From Candidatus Muiribacteriota bacterium (lineage in GTDB: Bacteria; Muiribacteriota; Muiribacteriia; Muiribacteriales; Muiribacteriaceae): a stretch of DNA of 14,321 nt. Made by a program: the position numbers and the translations under genes. The DNA lies in NCBI GenBank assembly GCA_051747805.1, contig JBNJGP010000071.1:1-14321 (forward strand), in the 5' to 3' direction. The notes beneath the pieces are model-generated. The model was not told where the DNA came from. It searched no databases and saw only the letters and a program-made list of their open reading frames with translations. This document shows, piece after piece, positions 7,690 through 14,321 of the stretch; the stretch's first letter is position 1; each line of letters begins with the position of its first letter.

Positions 7690-8221
7690 TCTTGTATTAC
7701 TTCATAATAATATAGTAAATAAATTTGGTAATTTAATAGAAACATCAATTACAAATATTGATGTGCATGATATATCAAGAACTGTTAGAACCTATAGATT
7801 AAATGAATTATCACTTGTAAACAGACTTGAAAGTCAGAAAAAAATATTAAATGATATGCTAAAATACTGGATAAAGGGAGAAGGTGGTATTAATAATCCA
7901 GACAGGAAAAAGGCGTTAGAAAAAGTAAAACAGTATAATAGACTTGAAGATGTTCAAACTTCGGCTTCAAATATAAAATATATAATTACTGATGCAAAAA
8001 AACACACAAATAGTATATTATACAAGGATATGAAAAACATAATCTCTGAGAATAAAAATACTCAATTTTATTTAATTTTTGGTACTGGTTGGGGATTAGA
8101 TTCAATTATAACTCAAAAAGCTGATTATATTCTGGAACCTGTTCAGTATGGTTCGGATTTTAATCATCTATCGGTGAGAGCCGCAGCCGCTATAATTTGT
8201 GATAGATTATTTGCTTTTTAA
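7676..8221 (+). CDS. SPOUT-class RNA methyltransferase, Tm1570/DUF2168-like
   Basis: LVLLH, TSITNIDVHDISRTVRTY, YW--GEG---NPDRKKAL, LIFGTGWGL, FNHLSVRAAAAIICDRL; overlaps the trmD 3' end. Confidence 0.85.
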   Translation: MKNVNLVLLHNNIVNKFGNLIETSITNIDVHDISRTVRTYRLNELSLVNRLESQKKILNDMLKYWIKGEGGINNPDRKKALEKVKQYNRLEDVQTSASNIKYIITDAKKHTNSILYKDMKNIISENKNTQFYLIFGTGWGLDSIITQKADYILEPVQYGSDFNHLSVRAAAAIICDRLFAF

Positions 8222-8245
8222 TTTAAAATTTAATAATATAACAAT

Positions 8246-8953
8246 ATGAAAATCTCTTATTTATTAATATTAATTTTTTTATTTTCTTGCCTTATACCTG
8301 TTTTTTCACTTGAGCTTAATACAGTTTCGCTGGATGAAATGCTTGTAAAAACCGGTATTGATATGCTTGATGCAATGAAAATACTTGAGTACAGGAAAAA
8401 TAATAAGATTAGAAGTGTTCAACAACTGCTTGATAATAATATAATTTCTCATCAAACCGCATCTAAAATACGTGAAGCATTAAAACCAGATAAAGAGGAA
8501 AATTCAGAGTCTGAAGATTTTAGAGTGAAAAATGATGTTGATTCTTTCGACCGTGATAGCGGTACTTTAGAATCTGAAGGTCCTGATGAAAATAAACTGT
8601 TTCAGAAGATACTGGATTTAATGCGACAGAATCGTTATCAGGAAGCTTCCAAAAATATAAGGACATTTTTTAATAATTTTCCTGAGTCTGTTTATTTTGA
8701 TGATGTAATATATTTTACCGGGGCTATTCTTGAAGAAACTGAAAACTTTGAAAGAGCTGTAAGATATTATAATCGAATTATAAACAACTATTATTCATCG
8801 GAAAATTCGGTTATTGCTTTATATAGAATTGCTGTATGCTATGAAAAAATGGATGAATTAGATGAGGCCAGAAAATATTATCGAAGAATAAAAAATGAGT
8901 TTTCAAATACTTTATGGGCAGAAAAGGCAGGAGAACGATTAAAAGAAATATAA
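8246..8953 (+). CDS. Exported protein with an N-terminal ComEA-like helix-hairpin-helix and C-terminal TPR (CpoB/YbgF-like) repeats
   Basis: Signal peptide; LELNTVSLDEMLVKTGIDMLDAMKILEYRKNN-IRSVQQL resembles the ComEA HhH; acidic linker; TPR helices with FPES, ALYRIAVCYEKMDELDEARKYYRRI---FSNT-WAEKA. Confidence 0.65.
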   Translation: MKISYLLILIFLFSCLIPVFSLELNTVSLDEMLVKTGIDMLDAMKILEYRKNNKIRSVQQLLDNNIISHQTASKIREALKPDKEENSESEDFRVKNDVDSFDRDSGTLESEGPDENKLFQKILDLMRQNRYQEASKNIRTFFNNFPESVYFDDVIYFTGAILEETENFERAVRYYNRIINNYYSSENSVIALYRIAVCYEKMDELDEARKYYRRIKNEFSNTLWAEKAGERLKEI

Positions 8954-8956
8954 ATC

Positions 8957-9409
8957 TTACATTGTCTCAAGAAAGCTCATAGAATTTATAATTCTTAATA
9001 TTCTCTGTTTGTTTTCCGCACTATTTTCCCTCATAAGCATTTTTTTAAGTTCTTTCTGAGCATAATTTGAATATCCTGTTATTCTAAGAAACAGAGCTCC
9101 GTTGAATTTTAAATCAAAGTCATTTGAATAAAGGGCCTGGTTACGAACATAATTACTTAGTTTATCGAGCATACCGTAGTCTTTATTTTCTAAAATTTTT
9201 CTATTCAGTCTGAAACTTGTAATAAAATGTTCTAAAGCATTTGAGAAGTCTTCTTCAAAGTAGTAGACAAGGGCCATCATAAAGTGGTTTTCGGCAACAT
9301 GAGGGGTTTCTTTAAGATTTTTTCGAATTTCCGAAACTTCTGAGGCACTGGTTAATATTAACATACCTGTTATTAAAGAAATAATTACAAACATTTTCGA
9401 AATTTTCAT
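8957..9409 (-). CDS. Hypothetical exported protein with a TPR-like helix pair
   Basis: Strong RBS AAGGAGG (complement of 9414-9420); N-terminal signal peptide; PHVAENHFMMALVYYFEEDFSNALEHFITSFRLN is TPR-like. Confidence 0.75.
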   Translation of the reverse strand: MKISKMFVIISLITGMLILTSASEVSEIRKNLKETPHVAENHFMMALVYYFEEDFSNALEHFITSFRLNRKILENKDYGMLDKLSNYVRNQALYSNDFDLKFNGALFLRITGYSNYAQKELKKMLMRENSAENKQRILRIINSMSFLETM

Positions 9410-9525
9410 GTAGCCTCCTTTATCTTATAGAGGGATTTTAATTACCCACATATTATTATCGGCTTTTACTTTATATAAATTCATATTAAAAGCTGGCCCC
9501 CCGGCATAAAACACTTTATTTGCTC

Positions 9526-9652
9526 CACCAATTCTCAATTTAGCCGAAAATCCTTTAGTGGTCAGGCCTACACACTTTGCTTTTTCGCAAAGTGATGACG
9601 GCGCTGACCCCATCAAATCAAGGATTTTTTCTATTTTCATTGAGAATTGCTG
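9526..9652. mobile_element. Candidate 127-bp MITE-like element (14-bp terminal inverted repeats, 9-bp flanking direct repeat)
   Basis: CACCAATTCTCAAT 9526-9539 and ATTGAGAATTGCTG 9639-9652 are complementary at 13/14 positions; TATTTGCTC lies directly outside both ends (9517-9525, 9653-9661); nested internal inverted repeats; no transposase in the window. Confidence 0.5.
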
Positions 9653-9669
9653 TATTTGCTCTATCTTTA

Positions 9670-9698
9670 TTGAAAAAAAAATAATTATATTATAAGAT
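9670..9698 (+). promoter_or_regulatory. Putative sigma70-type promoter for nfnAB
   Basis: TTGAAA 9670-9675, 17-nt spacer, TAAGAT 9693-9698. Very AT-rich context, so a chance match is possible. Confidence 0.45.
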
Positions 9699-9727
9699 TA
9701 TGGATGAATAAAAATAAAGGAGATATA

Positions 9728-10543
9728 ATGGAATTTAACAAAATAATGAAGAAAGAAAAACTTGAAGACGAGTCTGTTGTATTTAAAATATATAATCCGG
9801 AAGTTGCCTCAAAAAGTGAGGCTGGAAATTTTATAATTTTAATTGCAAGAGAGGGTTCTGAAAGAATTCCTCTTACTGTTATGGATTTTACAGATGAAAC
9901 AATATCAATTCTTGTACAACCGGTGGGTTTTTCAACAAAGGAGATAACCCTATTTGAAGAAGGAGATAATTTTTCTGGAATTTTAGGACCTTTAGGAAAA
10001 AAAATAGAACATAAAAAATATGGAAAAGTTCTTTTTATTGCCGGGGGAATCGGAATAGCCCCCATAATCCCTCAGCTTAAAGCTTTAAAAAAGGCAGGTA
10101 ATAAAAATATATTAATTCATGGTGCGAGGACTGCAGATTTAATAGTTTTAGAAAAAAAAGCCGCTGAATATGTTGATGATTATTACATTTGTACAGATGA
10201 TGGAACAAAGGGTGAAAAAGGACTTGTTACAGATGTTGGGAATAACATTCTTTCAAAAGAAAAAGTTGACAAGGTAATTACTGTAGGACCTCTTATTATG
10301 ATGAAATTTGTTTCAATTCTTACAAAAAAATATAATATACCCACCACCGCTTCTTTAAATGCTATTATGCTTGATGGTACAGGTATGTGTGGAAGCTGCA
10401 GAGTTGAGTATGACGGCGAGGTAAAATTTTCATGTATTGATGGTCCCGATATGGACGCTCATAAGGTCGATTTTGACCGATTAATAAAGAGAAACTCTAG
10501 ATTCATAGAGGCAGAGCAACAGGTTAAAAATGAGCAGTTGTAA
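9728..10543 (+). CDS. nfnA: NfnA/SudB-type FAD- and [2Fe-2S]-binding subunit of an electron-bifurcating transhydrogenase
   Basis: ERIPLT, GPLG, AGGIGIAP, TDDGTKG, VGPLIMMKFV, DGTGMCGSCRV...CIDGP (Asp/Cys3 2Fe-2S pattern). Start placed at ATG 9728 (RBS AAAGGAGA); the ORF track starts at 9704. Confidence 0.85.
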   Translation: MEFNKIMKKEKLEDESVVFKIYNPEVASKSEAGNFIILIAREGSERIPLTVMDFTDETISILVQPVGFSTKEITLFEEGDNFSGILGPLGKKIEHKKYGKVLFIAGGIGIAPIIPQLKALKKAGNKNILIHGARTADLIVLEKKAAEYVDDYYICTDDGTKGEKGLVTDVGNNILSKEKVDKVITVGPLIMMKFVSILTKKYNIPTTASLNAIMLDGTGMCGSCRVEYDGEVKFSCIDGPDMDAHKVDFDRLIKRNSRFIEAEQQVKNEQL

Positions 10544-10567
10544 AAAAAATATAGAAAGGTAGAAAAA

Positions 10568-11950
10568 ATGACAAAAAGACAAAAAATGACATATCAGAAC
10601 GAAAAAGAACGAATAAAAAATTTTAATGAGGTAGCACTCGGCTACAGCGAAAAAGATGCCGTAGATGAAGCCTCAAGATGCCTTGGATGCAAAAAGGCTC
10701 CCTGTAAAAAAGGTTGTCCTGCCCAGGTTTTGATTCCAGAGTTTATTAAAGAAGTAAAAAATAAAAATTTTGAGAAAGCGTATAAAATTCTTAAAGAAAA
10801 AAACAATCTCCCCGCAGTTTGCGGAAGAGTTTGTCCTCAGGAAACCCAGTGTGAAATAGAATGTGTTTTAAAAAACAAAGATCAACCTGTGGCAATAGGC
10901 AGACTAGAAAGGTTTGTGGCCGATTTTGGTGCTAGAAATAACCTTGATAAGGATTTTTTAAAAAAAGACAAAAACAATAAAAAGATTGCAGTAGTTGGAA
11001 GTGGTCCTTCTGGCATTACATGTGCTGCCGATCTTGCCTCCGCGGGATATACAGTGGTCCTTTTTGAGGGACTTCATGTGCCTGGTGGTGTCATGGTTTA
11101 TGGAATACCAGAGTTCAGACTGCCAAAAGAAATTGTTTCATATGAGATTGACTGTATAAAAAAAATGGGAGTTGAAATAAAATTAAACACTTTATTTGGG
11201 AAAAATTATACTTTAAAAGATTTAAAGAATGAAGGTTTTTCTGCTCTTTATATTGCCAGCGGGGCAGGACTGCCAAAATTCATGAATATTGACGGTGAAG
11301 AGTTAAATAACTGTTATTCTGCAAATGAATTCTTAACTAGAATTAATTTGTTAAAAGCCTATAATTTTCCAGAGTTTAAAACTCCTGTCTATGCTGGTAG
11401 AAAATGTATTGTAACTGGTGGCGGAAATGTCGCAATGGACGCTGCAAGGAGCGCTAGAAGACTGGGAGCTGATGTAACGGTTGTCTATAGAAGAACAAGA
11501 AAGGAGATGCCGGCTAGAGTTGAAGAAGTAGAACATGCTTTTGAAGAAGGGGTAAAATTTAATTTTTTATGTAACCCCGTTCGTTATGAAGGTGATAAAA
11601 ATGGTAATGTGAAAAAAGCGTTAGTTGAGAAAATGAAGCTTGGCGAGCCCGATGATTCTGGTAGAAGAAGACCACTGCCAACCGGAAACTTTTTTGAACT
11701 TGAGGCGGACAGTGTTGTTGTGGCAATTGGAAATAATCCGAACCCGTTGATAAAAAGAGAGTTTCCGGAGCTGAAAACTACCGACTGGGGTACTTTTATC
11801 GTTGATGATAATTATATGACCTCAATTGAAGGAGTTTTTGCCGGCGGGGATATTACAACCGGTGCTGCAACAGTTATTGAAGCTATTGGAGCAGGTAAAA
11901 CAGCTGCCACCAGCATTATAAGATTTTTAGATAAGGGAAGAAGTTTATAA
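10568..11950 (+). CDS. nfnB: NfnB/SudA-type (GltD-like) FAD/[4Fe-4S] NADP(H)-binding subunit
   Basis: EASRCLGCKKAPCKKGCP, CGRVCPQETQCE, GRLERF, GSGPSG, YGIPEFRLP, GGGNVAMDAAR, FAGGDITTGAATVI; directly downstream of the nfnA-like gene; no gltB nearby. Confidence 0.85.
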   Translation: MTKRQKMTYQNEKERIKNFNEVALGYSEKDAVDEASRCLGCKKAPCKKGCPAQVLIPEFIKEVKNKNFEKAYKILKEKNNLPAVCGRVCPQETQCEIECVLKNKDQPVAIGRLERFVADFGARNNLDKDFLKKDKNNKKIAVVGSGPSGITCAADLASAGYTVVLFEGLHVPGGVMVYGIPEFRLPKEIVSYEIDCIKKMGVEIKLNTLFGKNYTLKDLKNEGFSALYIASGAGLPKFMNIDGEELNNCYSANEFLTRINLLKAYNFPEFKTPVYAGRKCIVTGGGNVAMDAARSARRLGADVTVVYRRTRKEMPARVEEVEHAFEEGVKFNFLCNPVRYEGDKNGNVKKALVEKMKLGEPDDSGRRRPLPTGNFFELEADSVVVAIGNNPNPLIKREFPELKTTDWGTFIVDDNYMTSIEGVFAGGDITTGAATVIEAIGAGKTAATSIIRFLDKGRSL

Positions 11951-12004
11951 AGGTTGGTATAAAAGACATTTACATGTCTATATTAATAAAGTTCAGGGGG
12001 AAAT

Positions 12005-13243
12005 ATGCTTAAAAATATTCAAGCAAAGGATAGTGAAGTTTATGATGCTATTATGAAAGAAAAAAACAGGCAGGAAAATTACCTTGAGATGATAGCAAGC
12101 GAAAACTTTACCTCAGAAAGTGTTATGGAGGCTAATAGCACAGTTCTTACAAACAAATATGCAGAAGGTTATCCAAAAAAAAGATATTATGGTGGTTGTG
12201 AGTTTGTAGATGTGGTTGAAAATATTGCCCGGAACAGGGCAAAAAAACTATTCGGGGCAGAATTTGCCAATGTTCAGCCACATTCAGGTTCTGGGGCCAA
12301 TATGGCAGTTTATTTTACCTGTCTTGAACCCGGTGACACAATACTTGGTATGAACCTTTCTCATGGCGGGCATTTAACTCATGGCTCACCTGTTAATTTT
12401 TCAGGAAAATTTTATAATGTTGTTCCTTATGGGGTTGATAAAGAAAATCACCGCATAGATTTTAATGAAGTTAGAGAGCTTTGCGATAAACATAAACCTA
12501 AAATGATAGTTGTTGGTGCTTCTGCGTACCCGAGAAAAATAGATTTTGCAGAATTCAGGAAAATAGCAGATGAATTTAACGCTGTTATTATGGCAGATGT
12601 TTCTCATATTGCCGGCTTAATAGTAACAGGGCTTCATCCTTCTCCACAGGGACATGCCCATTTTATAACAACAACAACTCATAAAACTCTGCGCGGTCCA
12701 AGAGGCGGATTAATTCTATGTGATAAAAAGGATGCAAAAAAGATAAATAAAACAATTTTTCCTGGTATTCAAGGTGGTCCCTTGATGCATACTATTGCTG
12801 CTAAAGCGGTAGCATTTGGTGAGGCTTTAAAACCAGAATTCAAAGATTATCAAAAACAGGTTATTGATAATGCCCAAAAACTCGGTAAAGAACTTAAGAA
12901 TAAAGGATTTACTCTTATTTCTGACGGGACAGATAATCATCTTATTCTTGTAGATGTACTTTCCTCAAAAGGCGTTTCGGGAAAAAAAGCTGAAAGACTT
13001 CTTGATGAGGCAGGAATAACTGTTAATAAAAATACAATTCCATTTGATACTAAAAGTCCTTTTATAACAAGTGGAATAAGGATTGGAACACCTGCACTTA
13101 CCACAAGAGGGATGAAAGAAGAGGAAATGGGTGAAGTAGCCGGACTTATAGATGAAGTGCTTACTAAACAGGATGATTCTACAATCGAAAAAATTAAAGG
13201 AAAAGTAAAAGCCTTAACAGAAAAATTCCCATTGTATAAATAG
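12005..13243 (+). CDS. glyA: Serine hydroxymethyltransferase
   Basis: [52 protein letters not shown] (PLP lysine), [21 protein letters not shown]. Confidence 0.99.
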   Translation: MLKNIQAKDSEVYDAIMKEKNRQENYLEMIASENFTSESVMEANSTVLTNKYAEGYPKKRYYGGCEFVDVVENIARNRAKKLFGAEFANVQPHSGSGANMAVYFTCLEPGDTILGMNLSHGGHLTHGSPVNFSGKFYNVVPYGVDKENHRIDFNEVRELCDKHKPKMIVVGASAYPRKIDFAEFRKIADEFNAVIMADVSHIAGLIVTGLHPSPQGHAHFITTTTHKTLRGPRGGLILCDKKDAKKINKTIFPGIQGGPLMHTIAAKAVAFGEALKPEFKDYQKQVIDNAQKLGKELKNKGFTLISDGTDNHLILVDVLSSKGVSGKKAERLLDEAGITVNKNTIPFDTKSPFITSGIRIGTPALTTRGMKEEEMGEVAGLIDEVLTKQDDSTIEKIKGKVKALTEKFPLYK

Positions 13244-13307
13244 TTAATCACTTGAGTTTAGCAAATTTTTTAAAAAGGCTTTAATGGTAAGGTTGAGTGG
13301 GGTAGAG

Positions 13308-13961
13308 ATGATTATAAAAGATTTTGGTGTTTTTGAGGCGGAAGAAAATATGCAGATAGATCTTGAAATGCTTCAAAAAGCCTATACCCGCGATGATATT
13401 TTATTTCGTATATACGGCTGGAAAAATTTAACAGTCTCTCTGGGTAAATTTCAGAAAGTTGATAAAAGTATTATAAAAAAATTAAAAACTAATGGAATTT
13501 CTGTTGTTAAGAGACCAAGCGGTGGCAGGGCCGTTATTCATAAAAATGATTTAACATATGCTTTTGCCGCCCCATTGTCATTTTTTAAAGAAAAATCAGT
13601 TAAAAAATTATATATGGAAATATCAGCCCCTATAATAGAGACTATAGAAAACTTTTCAGAAAAGAAAGTTAAAATAAATACGGGGATGGCTAAAAACTAT
13701 TTTAATAAAAATTCCTGTTTTTCCTCTGTTTCACTTTATGAACTTCAGGATGAAGTTGGTAGAAAGATTCTTGGAAGTGCGCAGACAAGAACCGCGGGCG
13801 GTGTTTTGCAGCATGGAAGTATTTATTATGATTATCCGCCCGAAATATCCTTTTTTTTACCTGAATATAATAAAAAAATTGCTGTGGTAAAAGAAGTTTT
13901 TGAAGAAAATTTCAAAAAAGCTTTATATGAAAAAATCAGGTCCTGCTTCAGCAGAACCTGA
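13308..13961 (+). CDS. Lipoate-protein ligase / octanoyltransferase family protein (LipM-like, catalytic domain only)
   Basis: NMQID, FRIYGW, VSLGKFQ, VVKRPSGGRAVIH, CF----YE, GRKILGSAQ, LQHGSI. Start is either ATG 13308 (GGGGT upstream) or 13284. Confidence 0.85.
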   Translation: MIIKDFGVFEAEENMQIDLEMLQKAYTRDDILFRIYGWKNLTVSLGKFQKVDKSIIKKLKTNGISVVKRPSGGRAVIHKNDLTYAFAAPLSFFKEKSVKKLYMEISAPIIETIENFSEKKVKINTGMAKNYFNKNSCFSSVSLYELQDEVGRKILGSAQTRTAGGVLQHGSIYYDYPPEISFFLPEYNKKIAVVKEVFEENFKKALYEKIRSCFSRT

Positions 13962-13967
13962 TTTTTT
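13930..13967. terminator. Bidirectional intrinsic terminator between convergent genes
   Basis: AAAAAATCAGGT-C-CTGC-TTCA-GCAG-A-ACCTGATTTTTT: long stem with an A-tract before and a T-tract after; overlaps the ligase stop codon. Confidence 0.85.
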
Positions 13968-13990
13968 ATTATTAGGTTAAAGTTGTTTAC

Positions 13991-14320
13991 TTATCTTAAA
14001 ATCTGCATTACTTCATATGCTTTAGAACTGTCTGGATATTCATCAATAAGTTTTTGAGCATATTTTTTTGCCTGAGAAGTATCTCCCATTTCAAGGTAAC
14101 ATTCTACAAGAGTATAATATACTAACTCTTTGTCACTCTCTTTATCAGAAAGCATACCATGTAATGTTGAAACGGCTCCAGCATAATTTCCTGAGCTTAT
14201 CTGATTCTGTGCTCTGGCAATATTAGCCTGTTTACCAAGTTCTTCGTCTTCTGAAAGAGACTGAAGTTTATGTGCGGCAAGAGTAGAATCACCCTCTTCA
14301 TATTGAGCCTCAAGTGCAGA
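13991..14320 (-). CDS. TPR-containing protein, 3' portion (5' end outside the window)
   Basis: Manual translation, open from the window edge: SALEAQYEEGDSTLAAHKLQ...ELVYYTLVECYLEMGDTSQAKKYAQKLIDEYPDSSKAYEVMQILR*. TPR pattern; points toward the bidirectional terminator. Absent from the ORF track. Confidence 0.8.
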   Translation of the reverse strand, partial: SALEAQYEEGDSTLAAHKLQSLSEDEELGKQANIARAQNQISSGNYAGAVSTLHGMLSDKESDKELVYYTLVECYLEMGDTSQAKKYAQKLIDEYPDSSKAYEVMQILR

Positions 14321-14321
14321 T

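Noticed and set aside
9592..9607. Box C (GTGATGA) and box D (CTGA) pair, TIGR/snoRNA-like or hammerhead core
   Set aside because: Single occurrence only 5 nt apart, no periodic array, no Nop-domain gene in the window, and not the CTGATGA...GAAA hammerhead layout.
9425..9640. 71-aa ORF on the - strand
   Set aside because: No RBS; starts inside the terminal inverted repeat and crosses the element boundary. A leader peptide cannot be fully excluded.
9526..9652. 6S RNA or 4.5S RNA for the rod structure
   Set aside because: Shorter than typical 6S RNA with no large central bubble; the apical loop lacks the SRP motif; the flanking direct repeats would be unexplained.
10568..11950. Glutamate synthase small subunit GltD
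   Set aside because: No gltB partner in the window; pairing with an NfnA-type gene fits NfnB/SudA better.
11951..12004. ZTP or THF riboswitch before glyA
   Set aside because: The gap is only 54 nt and lacks the consensus elements.
1663..13251. Short antisense ORFs in the track (1663-1866, 2462-2692, 4467-4775, 5198-5398, 6037-6228, 7128-7328, 9685-10065, 11351-11536, 12401-12607, 12937-13251)
   Set aside because: Shadow frames opposite well-supported genes, with no recognisable motifs.

Overview
AT-rich bacterial chromosomal window of mostly housekeeping genes. In order: an O-antigen-ligase-like/TPR membrane protein, ftsY, a secreted beta-propeller protein, the ffh-rpsP-khpA-ylqD-rimM-trmD-(Tm1570-like SPOUT) cluster (no ylxM, no rplS), a ComEA-like HhH/TPR fusion, a convergent small exported protein, an NfnAB-type transhydrogenase pair, glyA, a lipoate-ligase/octanoyltransferase-family gene and the 3' end of a convergent TPR gene. 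The unexplained signal is in the intergenic DNA. Three structured non-coding regions (1-155, ~1760-2075, ~9440-9661) share sequence or structural modules. Two contain arrays of short hairpins of different sequence separated by a conserved TTTACT linker. The ~300-nt element before ftsY folds by eye into an end-closed multi-domain RNA. The third contains a 127-bp rod with terminal inverted repeats and an exact 9-bp flanking direct repeat. I could not match these to any RNA family I know. All structures were derived by eye, with no folding program or database search.
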